Under the pieces are notes generated by a model that worked only from the letters and a program-made list of their open reading frames with translations, ran no database searches and was not told where the DNA came from. A stretch of DNA of 61,339 nucleotides from NCBI GenBank assembly GCA_903836515.1, contig CAILQW010000061.1, positions 1-61,339 of the forward strand. Reading direction: 5' to 3'. The position numbers and the translations under genes were made by a program. This document shows positions 38,946-48,500 of this stretch, one piece after another (position 1 is the first letter of the stretch; each line of letters begins with the position of its first letter). The stretch is from Candidatus Omnitrophota bacterium (GTDB lineage: Bacteria; Omnitrophota; Gorgyraeia; Zapsychrales; Fredricksoniimonadaceae).

Positions 38946-40719
38946 TCTCCACTGGAAGCTCACGGCATTCTTCTGTTCGGCGGTCATGGCCGGACTTCTT
39001 TTGGGGTATTTCTACCTTTCTTCCCATCTCACAGCGTATCTTGAACGCGATCTGCACGCGGACATGAAACACCAGATAGCCCTCACCCGGGATTTCCTTG
39101 AAACGCATATCAGCGACCGCATGGGCTTGCCCGATGCGCAGGCCATCGCGCACCGCATGGGCCGGGAACTCGGCCTGCGTGTGACCATTGTGGCTGTTGA
39201 TGGAAAGGTGCTGGGGGATTCTGACCTGGATGATGCGGCGCTCAAGGCGGTGGAAAATCACGCCGGGCGTCTGGAGATCAAAAAGGCCCTGGACACAGGC
39301 TGGGGCGTAAGCAAGCGTTATAGCTATACTTTAAAGAAGTATCTGGTGTATGTGGCGGCGCCTTTTAGCAGCGGGCATATGGCCGGTGTCATCCGCCTGG
39401 CCATGCCGCTGGCGGATGTTGAAGTCTTTGAGGCTGGCCCGGTCAAGATCGCGGCGGCCGCCCTTTTGCTTGTTTTTATCCTCAGCCTGGGGTTCACGCT
39501 TTTGGTGGCTGTGATCGTTTCGAGGCCCTTGCGGGAGATGTCGGTCGTTGCCCGTGCCATGGCCGCCGGTGATTTTTCCCGCAAGCCGTCCATCCGTTCT
39601 CGCGATGAACTGGGCGATCTGGCCCGGGCGCTCACGCATATGTCCGAGGAGGTGCGCGACAAATTGAGGACCATTGCGCGGGAAGGGGCCAGGCTGGATG
39701 CGGTCCTGGAGAGCATGTCGGAAGGGCTGATGGTGGTGGATGAAAAAGGGGCGATTCTTCTGATGAACGCTTCCCTGCGTAAATTCTTCCTGATCTCGGG
39801 TAAGGTTGACGGACGCCAGGTTGCCGAGATTATCCGTAACAGTGCGGTTGTTGATATGGTGACCCGCCTGGTATCGGGCGGGGAGCGTCTGGTCAGCCGC
39901 GAGGTATTGGCAGGACTTCCGGAAGAGAAAGTGTTCAGGGTCAATGCGGTTCAGGTCAGGGTGGCAGACAAGCTTGAAGGCGCGGTGCTGGTGTTCCACG
40001 ATATCAGCGAACTGCGCCGTCTTGAAAAAGTCCGGCAGGATTTTGTGGCCAACGTGTCGCACGAATTGCGCACGCCGGTGGCCAGCATTAAAGGCTATGC
40101 GGAAACCCTCTTAAGCGGGGCCATGGATGATCCCCAGGCCCTGAAAGAATTCCTGGGGACCATCCATCACAACAGCGACCGGCTGGTCAACCTGATCAAT
40201 GATTTGCTTGATTTGGCCAGGATAGAGTCCGGCAAGATGAAAATGACGCTGTTGCCCATGGATGCCGTGTTGGTGGTGCGCAAGTGCCTGGATATATTGG
40301 AGAATGCTATAGAAGCCAAGCGTTTGTCCGTTACACTGGATTTCCTGGGTATTTTGCCCAAGGTTTTGGCGGATGAGGCGCGGCTTTCCCAGGTATTTTT
40401 GAACCTGCTCGACAATGCCGTGAAATACACGCCTGAGGGTGGGCGGGTTGTCATCAAGGCGATCCCGGGAGAAAAAAATATCCGTTTTGAAGTATCGGAT
40501 TCCGGCATCGGTATTCCTGAGGAAGACCTGCCGCGGATCTTTGAGCGTTTTTACCGCGTGGACAAGGCCCGAGCCCGCGATGTGGGCGGCACCGGTCTTG
40601 GCCTTTCCATTGTCAAACATATCGTTGCGGCCCATGGCGGCGACGTGGCGGTCCATTCCAAGGTAGGCCAGGGCACGACCTTCAGTTTTACCCTTCCATC
40701 ATCAGCTGATTTCTTCTGA
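38932..40719 (+). CDS. phoR: PhoR-type sensor kinase (TM, HAMP, PAS, HisKA, HATPase)
   Basis: DFVANVSHELRTP, NLLDNAVKY, DSGIGI, FERFYRVDKAR, GGTGLGLSIVKH. Confidence 0.88.
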   Translation: MMKINLHWKLTAFFCSAVMAGLLLGYFYLSSHLTAYLERDLHADMKHQIALTRDFLETHISDRMGLPDAQAIAHRMGRELGLRVTIVAVDGKVLGDSDLDDAALKAVENHAGRLEIKKALDTGWGVSKRYSYTLKKYLVYVAAPFSSGHMAGVIRLAMPLADVEVFEAGPVKIAAAALLLVFILSLGFTLLVAVIVSRPLREMSVVARAMAAGDFSRKPSIRSRDELGDLARALTHMSEEVRDKLRTIAREGARLDAVLESMSEGLMVVDEKGAILLMNASLRKFFLISGKVDGRQVAEIIRNSAVVDMVTRLVSGGERLVSREVLAGLPEEKVFRVNAVQVRVADKLEGAVLVFHDISELRRLEKVRQDFVANVSHELRTPVASIKGYAETLLSGAMDDPQALKEFLGTIHHNSDRLVNLINDLLDLARIESGKMKMTLLPMDAVLVVRKCLDILENAIEAKRLSVTLDFLGILPKVLADEARLSQVFLNLLDNAVKYTPEGGRVVIKAIPGEKNIRFEVSDSGIGIPEEDLPRIFERFYRVDKARARDVGGTGLGLSIVKHIVAAHGGDVAVHSKVGQGTTFSFTLPSSADFF

Positions 40720-40735
40720 AGAAGGAATCCCTTGA

Positions 40736-41001
40736 TAGTAAATCTTTAGTGAGTCGAGAGGATTTCCTTAATTGATACCCGCTCTCTCTGTGGGGCGGGC
40801 ATGGGTGGGGGGTTTTAAATGGCCCTCGATGTGCTGATACACACCATCCAGGTTGCTAAGCACTTCATTATTCTAAAAGCGTATCACTTTAAATGCTTGC
40901 GCCTTTAACCATTTATCTCGCAGAGCATCTTTCCGGTTCTGATTGTGTTGTCCGCCGCTAAACATGTTCGGAAATCCTCTCGATTATCTGAACATTTACT
41001 A
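40736..41001. repeat. Pair of 32-bp inverted repeats (40736-40767 and 40970-41001) bracketing a nuclease remnant
   Basis: 27/32 identity between one copy and the reverse complement of the other. Inner 14 bp (TCGAGAGGATTTCC) perfect. Confidence 0.7.
40780..40959 (-). pseudogene. DUF559 (Vsr-like endonuclease) C-terminal remnant
   Basis: SGGQHNQNRKDALRDKWLKAQAFKVIRF*NNEVLSNLDGVYQHI. The usual RFWN Trp is TAG and the N-terminal half is missing. Confidence 0.72.
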
Positions 41002-41041
41002 GGAGCGCAATTCATTGCGCCCTTTAACGCGAACCTATTCA

Positions 41042-41075
41042 TTGACGAATACAGAAGAATATACTATATTCTTCT
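41042..41075 (+). promoter_or_regulatory. Promoter with perfect 23-bp palindromic operator
   Basis: TTGACG-17-TATATT. AGAAGAATATA-C-TATATTCTTCT at 41053-41075 covers the -10. Confidence 0.72.
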
Positions 41076-41091
41076 AAGAAGGAGAATATTT

Positions 41092-41334
41092 ATGTCCAAG
41101 ACAGTTACTATTAGACTTTCCGATGAAGATTACCGGGTGATTTCAAGTGTCGCCGAGCACGAAAGGCGGCCGATCTCGAATTTCATCACGCACAGGGTCA
41201 TGGCAGCGATCGCCGATATGAACACTGTTGATGATGCAGAGATGAAGGAGATATTATCTGACGAGAAGGTCATGCATAGCATCGACCGTGGCCAAAAGCA
41301 GTTTGTTCAGGGGAAGGGCCGCTTCGTTGTTTAA
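41092..41334 (+). CDS. RHH-type antitoxin
   Basis: RBS AAGGAG. MSKTVTIRLSDEDY...ISNFI, acidic C-terminus, overlaps the toxin start. Confidence 0.8.
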   Translation: MSKTVTIRLSDEDYRVISSVAEHERRPISNFITHRVMAAIADMNTVDDAEMKEILSDEKVMHSIDRGQKQFVQGKGRFVV

Positions 41335-41614
41335 TTTTAAGATCTTCGAAACACAGGATTATCTCGACCATCTTGAAGCGCTCTTGGAGAAGAAGCAAGA
41401 AGCGTTTAATAAGAAGCTTCAGGATTATGTTTACCCTCAGCTCAGAAATCAGCCGTATTTCCGAAAGAACATTAAGAAGTTGAAGGCCTGTTCGCATCCG
41501 ATGTGGCGGTATCGAGTCGGAGATATCCGCCTTTTTTACCAGGTTGACTCCTGCGGAAACGTTGTCCTCATGACAGTGGCCATGTTGCGTAAAGATTCCT
41601 ACCGTAGTTCTTAA
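41327..41614 (+). CDS. RelE/ParE-family toxin
   Basis: TTG start overlapping the antitoxin end. NIKKLK...WRYRVGDIRLFYQVD. Confidence 0.82.
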   Translation: MFNFKIFETQDYLDHLEALLEKKQEAFNKKLQDYVYPQLRNQPYFRKNIKKLKACSHPMWRYRVGDIRLFYQVDSCGNVVLMTVAMLRKDSYRSS

Positions 41615-41621
41615 TTTAAAT

Positions 41622-44279
41622 ATGCCAGCAATCTATCTTTCGCCGCACCAGCGGCTTTATGTTGAGGGGGACGGCCTGGATCCGGACCTGGAGGCGGCTT
41701 TTGCCAGGGGGGCCGGGCACGGGTTGTTGTGCCTTGACGCGGCCAGCGGCGGGTTCAGCGAGGAGCCGGCATTTGCTTTCTGGAAGGATTTTGTCCGACT
41801 GTACCTGTCGTTATTTACGGCCGTTCCTGATCTGGACAGCCGCGATCTTTCAAGAAATCCTGTGGGCATTGCTATGCCTGCCGATGACCTGAGCCGGATG
41901 CTTTTGACGCTCCCTCCGATGAAAGGGGCGGAGTATGCCGATGAGGCTTGTTTGCGAGGCTTGTGGGGCGGGATCGAAGAGGCCCTTGGCCGCGAGATCC
42001 TGGAGTCCGGGAAGACGGCAGGGCTTTATTTTGCCGCCCGCCATTCGCATTGGAGCTTGCTGGGGCGGGTGTGTTTTCATCTGGCGGAAAACAAGAAATC
42101 CCAAAGCCAGCCGTTTGCTTTCTTGGCGACCTACGCGCACGCGGTGGGCCATCATGGCCGGGTGCAGCACATTCTTTTGGGAAAAGCCCTGGAGGAATAC
42201 GGTGGCGCGGGCAATAGAAATTTGCTGTTGCGACTACTGGCGCCTGTTTACAAGGCGTCGGAAAAGAGTGCCTATCTTAAAACCATTGTTGATTCGGGCG
42301 ATATTTACCGCCCCTTGGCATGGACCCCGCAGGAAACTTACCGTTTCTTAAAAGACATCCCTTTTTTTACCGAGTCGGGTATTTTTGTCAAGGTTCCCGA
42401 CTGGTGGAAGCCCAAACAGCCGCGGCGCCCGCAGGTGGCTGTGCGTATCGGCGAGAAGGATCCCGGAGTGATGGGCCTGGACACCTTGCTTGATTTCAGG
42501 TTGTCGGTGATGCTCGATGAGCAGGAGCTGGATGAAGGTGAAGTGCGAGATCTTGTGGCGCACAGTGAACAGCTGGTATTCTTCAGAGGGCAATGGGTCG
42601 AGATCAACAGGGATAAGCTTGGCGAAGTCCTGGCGCAATGGAAATCGGTGGCTAAATCAGCCAAGGTGGGTGATGTGACGTTTGCCGAGGGGATGCGCTG
42701 GCTGGCGGGCCTGGGGCGCGCTGGAACCGGTATGGACAGGACGGATATCCAGGCGTATACCCGGGTGATCTCGGGCCAGTGGCTCACCAAGGTGCTTGAC
42801 ATGATGCGCGCACCTGGCGAGGATGCGCGCGTGGATGCCGCGCTTAAAACAAAATTAAAGGCTTCCTTGCGGCCGTATCAGCGGCAGGGTGTCGCGTGGC
42901 TGAATACGGTCAATCGGATGGGGCTTGGGGCGGTGCTTGCTGATGACATGGGGCTTGGGAAAACAATCCAGGTGCTGGCTTTGCTCCTGTTGAGGCAGGG
43001 CGAAGGCAAGAAAAACCATTCCTTGTTGATCGTGCCGGTGTCGCTCATGGGCAACTGGCTGGCGGAGATCCGCCGGTTCGCGCCTTCGTTGACGGTATGG
43101 ACAGCGCACACCGCTGGTGATGGCCTGGATGCGCCCCCGAATGATGTTGATCTTGTGATCACAACGTATGGTTCAACTGGAAGGCTGGCATGGATAACTT
43201 CCCGGGGGTGGGATATTGTGATCGCCGATGAGGCCCAGGCGATCAAGAATCCCGCCGCCAAACAGACCAAGGCGCTGAAGGCCATCAGGAGTTCCCATCG
43301 TCTGGCCTTGACCGGGACGCCGGTGGAGAATCACCTGTCGGATCTGTGGTCTTTGTTTGATTTTGTCGCGCCGGGCCTCTTGGGGTCCATGAAGGAGTTT
43401 GATACGTTTCTCAGGCGGACGCCTGTCTCCGGTGGCAGCCCTTATGCCGCACTGCGGTCGCTGGTGCGGCCATATATTCTGCGGCGGTTGAAGACCGACA
43501 GGAGTGTTATTGCTGATCTTCCGGACAAGACAGAGGCCAAGGCTTATTGCGCGCTTTCCAAAGGGCAGATGGCGCTTTACCAGAAGTCTGTGGAAGCGCT
43601 GACCAAAGATATTGCCGCGGCGGAAGGGATTAAGCGGCGCGGGATTATTTTATCGTATTTGATGCGATTCAAACAGATATGTAATCATCCCTCGCATTTT
43701 GTCAAGGACGGGATTTTTGCCGCCGGCGACAGCGGGAAATTCCTGAGGCTCAAAGAGATCTGTGACGTGATCGCGGAAAAACAGGAGAAGGTGCTTGTGT
43801 TTTCCCAGTTCAAGGAAATGATGCTGCCGCTGGCTGATTTCCTTGGAACCGTATTTGGGAAACCGGGGCTTGTTCTTGACGGGGATACACCGGTCAAGCG
43901 GCGTGCGGCGATGGTGGCGGCGTTTCAGGAAGATGATGGCCCGCCGTTCTTTGTGTTGTCCCTGAAAGCCGGTGGTACAGGGCTTAACCTGACCGCGGCA
44001 GCACATGTTATTCATTTTGACCGCTGGTGGAACCCGGCGGTGGAAAACCAGGCCACGGACCGGGCGTACCGTATCGGCCAGAAACGCAATGTCCTTGTGC
44101 ACAAGTTTATTTGCAAAGGGACACTGGAAGAGAAGATCGATGCCATGATAGAGTCAAAGAAGTCGATGTCGCGCGAGATCCTTGAAGGCGCTGACACGGC
44201 GATCCTGACGGAATTGTCCAATGAGGACCTGATCAAGATCGTTTCGCTCGATATTAAATCCGCGGAGAATGCCGCGTAA
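41622..44279 (+). CDS. SNF2-family helicase/ATPase
   Basis: LRPYQRQG, LADDMGLGKT, DEAQAIKN, LTGTPVEN, LRRLK, SLKAGGTGLNL, WWNPAVENQATDRAYRIGQ. Confidence 0.95.
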   Translation: MPAIYLSPHQRLYVEGDGLDPDLEAAFARGAGHGLLCLDAASGGFSEEPAFAFWKDFVRLYLSLFTAVPDLDSRDLSRNPVGIAMPADDLSRMLLTLPPMKGAEYADEACLRGLWGGIEEALGREILESGKTAGLYFAARHSHWSLLGRVCFHLAENKKSQSQPFAFLATYAHAVGHHGRVQHILLGKALEEYGGAGNRNLLLRLLAPVYKASEKSAYLKTIVDSGDIYRPLAWTPQETYRFLKDIPFFTESGIFVKVPDWWKPKQPRRPQVAVRIGEKDPGVMGLDTLLDFRLSVMLDEQELDEGEVRDLVAHSEQLVFFRGQWVEINRDKLGEVLAQWKSVAKSAKVGDVTFAEGMRWLAGLGRAGTGMDRTDIQAYTRVISGQWLTKVLDMMRAPGEDARVDAALKTKLKASLRPYQRQGVAWLNTVNRMGLGAVLADDMGLGKTIQVLALLLLRQGEGKKNHSLLIVPVSLMGNWLAEIRRFAPSLTVWTAHTAGDGLDAPPNDVDLVITTYGSTGRLAWITSRGWDIVIADEAQAIKNPAAKQTKALKAIRSSHRLALTGTPVENHLSDLWSLFDFVAPGLLGSMKEFDTFLRRTPVSGGSPYAALRSLVRPYILRRLKTDRSVIADLPDKTEAKAYCALSKGQMALYQKSVEALTKDIAAAEGIKRRGIILSYLMRFKQICNHPSHFVKDGIFAAGDSGKFLRLKEICDVIAEKQEKVLVFSQFKEMMLPLADFLGTVFGKPGLVLDGDTPVKRRAAMVAAFQEDDGPPFFVLSLKAGGTGLNLTAAAHVIHFDRWWNPAVENQATDRAYRIGQKRNVLVHKFICKGTLEEKIDAMIESKKSMSREILEGADTAILTELSNEDLIKIVSLDIKSAENAA

Positions 44280-44292
44280 ACGGGGAGTGGTT

Positions 44293-45075
44293 ATGTACAG
44301 ATACTGGAAGCCTTATGTTTCGGTTGCCAGACGGCGGTCGCAAGCGGTCAAAGCGACAGCGAAGATGGTGAAGAAGGGCGCTAAAATGACGCCGATCCAG
44401 ATCAACGGACGGGCGATCGCTCAAACGTTCTGGGGGAAAGCCTGGTGTGTGCATCTGGAGTCTTTCAGTGATTATGACAACCGCCTCCCGCGCGGGCGCA
44501 CCTATATTCGCAACGGCTCTGTGATCCATCTGGCCGTCAGCAATGCGAAAGTCGAGGCACTGGTCCAGGGTTCGAGCCTTTACAAGGTCAAGGTTGATGT
44601 TGAGGCCATCGCAGAGGGGCACTGGAAGCGGATCGTCAGTTCCTGTTCGGGCGAGATAGGTTCTGTGATCGAACTGCTGCAGGGGAAGTTGTCGGCGGGT
44701 GTGATGAAGATCATTGTCGATCGGCACAAGGGGCTTTTCCCGGAGCCTAAAGAAATATCTTTTTCATGCTCTTGTCCCGATTGGGCCGGGATGTGCAAAC
44801 ATGTGGCCGCTGTTTTGTATGGTCTAGGGCATCGCCTTGACCAGGAACCGGAGCTTCTTTTCAAGCTTCGGGGTGTTAATCATCTGGATTTGATCAGCAG
44901 TGCCGCCATTAAATTACCCACAGCGAAATCCCGACGTTCCAAAGGGGTGTCTTCCGGGGATCTGGCTGAAGTGTTTGGTATCGATATCGCCGACACTGGT
45001 GTCAGGCCTCCCTCTGTTAAGAAGTCAAAGCCTCCTGAGCGGCGGTCAAAGGTTGTCCGCAAGAAGCGGGCATAG
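44293..45075 (+). CDS. SWIM zinc-finger protein
   Basis: RLPRGRTY, FSCSCPDWAGMCKHVAAVLY (CxC...CxH). RBS GGGGAG before 44293. Confidence 0.9.
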   Translation: MYRYWKPYVSVARRRSQAVKATAKMVKKGAKMTPIQINGRAIAQTFWGKAWCVHLESFSDYDNRLPRGRTYIRNGSVIHLAVSNAKVEALVQGSSLYKVKVDVEAIAEGHWKRIVSSCSGEIGSVIELLQGKLSAGVMKIIVDRHKGLFPEPKEISFSCSCPDWAGMCKHVAAVLYGLGHRLDQEPELLFKLRGVNHLDLISSAAIKLPTAKSRRSKGVSSGDLAEVFGIDIADTGVRPPSVKKSKPPERRSKVVRKKRA

Positions 45076-45083
45076 CAATAGGA

Positions 45084-45105
45084 AGGGGCGTGATGAATCA
45101 CGCCC
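45084..45105. repeat. REP-like hairpin
   Basis: AGGGGCGTGA-TGAA-TCACGCCC. Same AGGGGCG...CGCCC frame as 59811-59837. Confidence 0.5.
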
Positions 45106-45250
45106 GTGCAGCCCCAGTACAACAATGCTGATCCAGCGCAAGAGACCCCGGACCTCGCTATCGATTAAGATTGGGTGAGGAGCAGGTGTTCTAAAGTACT
45201 AATATTAAGGATAATCCATATGATACTATTATTATCCTCTTTTATTATTC

Positions 45251-45403
45251 AATGATGCCAGCGAAAAGACGGGTGGTATTGATCTGAGTGCCAAGAACAT
45301 GGGTTTGGATGTCGCCATGGATCCCCGTCCGGCCGAAATGCCTGGCGGGGGCTTTCTATTTCTGAACTTTTCCAGAATCAAGCGTCATTTTGACATTATC
45401 TGA
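45251..45403 (+). pseudogene. Orphan GGIDL-type C-terminal fragment of a giant protein
   Basis: NDASEKTGGIDLSAKNMGLDVAMDP...II*. In-frame stop upstream at 45221 and no start codon before the motif. Resembles DNGGLDLS at the end of 45509-53860. Confidence 0.55.
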
Positions 45404-45508
45404 CATTATGGGTCGATAGTTAACAACGATTTCACATGGACGTCACTTCCCGGTCATACGCCAAGGATATACTCTGGCAGGCATCATTCATTGGCCTGAA
45501 AGGTATCC

Positions 45509-48500
45509 ATGCATCAATTTCTGCGTCAGGGGAGTTTGCGTCATCTCAAGCAACGGGCATGGTTTCGCCTGTTGTGTCTTACTGTGTTGGTTACTTATTG
45601 CATTGATTTGGTCGGTATGGACCTGCTTCGGACCCGTGAGGCGTATGCGCAAAGCGTGGTTGTGGCTCCCGTGCCAGGTGTGTTGCTGCCTTCTTCCGCT
45701 CCCGGATCCAGTCCGCTTCTTAAGGCCATATCCCTTGACCCGGCGGATCCGTTCAAGATCAATTTTCTCGTTGATGCCGGTGATCACGCGCGTGTCGATG
45801 AGAAGGAATCCAGCCGGCTTATAAAGTATTTTCTTACCTGTCTGACTATTCCTGAGAAAGATCTTTGGGTTAATTTGTCTCCCTCCGAACCCGGCCGTAT
45901 TGTGGATAAGAGGTTAGGTGCCACTACGGTGGGCGCGGATATGCTCAGAGAAGATTATCTGCTTAAACAATTGGCCGCGTCCATGACATTCCCCGACCGA
46001 GAGCCAGGCAAGGCATTCTGGAAACAGGTGTATGTCAGGATCAAGAAAAAATATGGTGATCTTGACCTTCCGGTGGACACCTTCAGCAAGGTATGGGTGG
46101 TGCCGGCAAAAGCTGTTGTGTACGAACAGGCAGGCAAGGCGTTTATTGCTGAAAGCCGGTTGAAGGTCATGCTGGATGAAGATTATCTGACCAACAAGAG
46201 CCATGTGACGCCTGATCAGGCACACCGTGATGATGCCGGCAAGGCCGATGATGTGTACCGGACGATCGCGCGCGAGATCATTATTCCGGAACTTGAGCGG
46301 GAAGTGAACGACGGCCAGTATTTTGCCCCGCTGCGCCAGATCTTCAGTGCGCTGATCCTGGCGATATGGTTTAAACGGAAATTGCGCCACAATATCATGA
46401 ACCGGGTATATGCCGATCAAAAGAAAACATCCGGTATCCAGACGGATGACAGGCAGGTGAGCCAGAAGGTCTATGCCCAGTATATGCTCGCGCTCAAGAA
46501 GGGGGTTTATGATGTGATCCGTGAGGATTATGACACGGATCAACAGGAGACCGTTGCACGCCATTATTTCTCCGGAGGATTTTCTTTTGAGAAAGCCGCC
46601 GGGAAGATTGATTTTGCCCAACTGTCTTCTTCGCGGGTTGACCGTTTGAAGTTACTCAAGGAAATCGGCAGTAATCTTGTCACGCTGGGTGTTTCGTTTA
46701 TCCCCAGAGGGATGCCCAAAAAGATGCTTCTGGCGTTGGCCATGGTTTCTCTTTCTTCTTCCGTTGTCCCTGCACCAGGGTTAGCTCCCAGGCAAGCCGT
46801 TGTCGCGCCTAAAGCCGTAGTTGTCAGCACAATACCCAGAGCAACACCACCACCGGTTATTGCAACAACAACGCCGGAGGCTGTTTCCGAGGCTATCATC
46901 AAAAGGGGCGACAAGATACCGGAAGCGGATCAGAAGTATCTTACTTATATGAAGGAAATGCTCACATTGAAGGATGTCCAGGATCTTCATGGAACGGTCA
47001 ACGCGTCGCTGCACATGACGTATGCGTTTGATATGACGCCGATAGAAAATAATTGGGACGCTATTTTCACGGCATCCACCATGGGCTGGCGGCAGGAAGT
47101 TGTGGTGATGACAGTCCAACAGAAGCTGGGGATTACAGCAGACGGCATCATGGGCCCAGAGACGCGTCGTGCGTTGAACGCTAAAATAGGGACGAAGGCA
47201 GCAGCTCCTGCTGGATCAGTATCTTCCCAGGTGTCGTTGCCGCAGGCCTCTAGAGGATTTTCTGTTGTGTCTGATAAAGCACCTTTTTCGATAGAGCCGG
47301 TCTCTCTGACCGCACCGAGCGGAGGTGTGGTGAATGGGTTTGATGTGCATAAGACAAAATATCGTAAGGGAGAGCCTATTCTTAAGGTATTGGATCCTGG
47401 CCTTGCGCAACAAATAGCTGCGTTAAAAGGGCAATTAAGTCCACTGCAGCAGCGGCTCAAGCGATTAAAGGCGTTGCAAGCGGCGCATCCGGGGGCCATT
47501 ACAGACATTGAGATCACAACAGCGGGTCTTGAGGTTCAAAATATCTCGCAGCAGTTGGCGCCGTTGATCCAGATCGAACAGGCAGGAGTTCTCAGGGCGC
47601 CTTATGATTTTCTTATCAAAGAGATCCGTGTGGGTAATGGACAAACGGTGTCCTCCAAGACAGTTTTGCTCGATTATCTTTCCGGGCAAATGCCAAGCTT
47701 TACGCTCAGGATGACTCGGGAAGAATCCCAAAACCTGGATCATAAGCGCATCACCATTGACGGCCAGCCTGTCACCTCGAACCCCAAGCTGGATATCCGC
47801 ATTGATCCCTTGAAGCCTAGCGAGGCGCTTGTTACATTCGTTGTGACGACAGCGTTGGATATTCAGGCCGGGAGTGTGCATCAGGTGAAGGTGGAGGTGC
47901 CGGCTTCTGTGGCGGATGACGGACTTGCGCTGGTGAAGGGAGTGGCTCATACAACCGCCAAAGTCGGATCATCCCCGGAGATACCGGTTGTTACTCTTGG
48001 AGCAGGTCCTGTCAACATCCTTGTCAGGCCCGGGCAAGAGGTTTTTCAGGGGCAGGTGGCGGCTATTCAACCTGGGGCCGCACAAGCCTGGCATGCGACC
48101 AAACTTTTGTATGACCAGGTGGATGTTCAGCTCAAGGAGAGGACTTCCGGCAATGGGGTCTATTTTACAACCACTCAAACGATGCCGCTGGAAACAAGAA
48201 GGGCTTCCTTGAAGGCGCAATTGCAGGCACAAGGTGAGGCTGTTGGCCGTTCTTTCATTAAAGCGCCTTGCAACGGTACGGTGACGACGGTGTCGTTATC
48301 AGGCGCTTTTACGCCGGGGAGCGAAATCTTCCGTTTAAATGGCCCTGTCCGTATCGGTGATCTGAATGATCCCAAAGGGGCGATCTTTGTGTCGGGCCTA
48401 TTGGATATCAAGAACGGTGATCCTGTCCTTGTGCGGACAGGATCGGGAAGGAATATCCCTGCCAGGATCACGAATATCAATAAGATGCCTGTAAGCCCGG

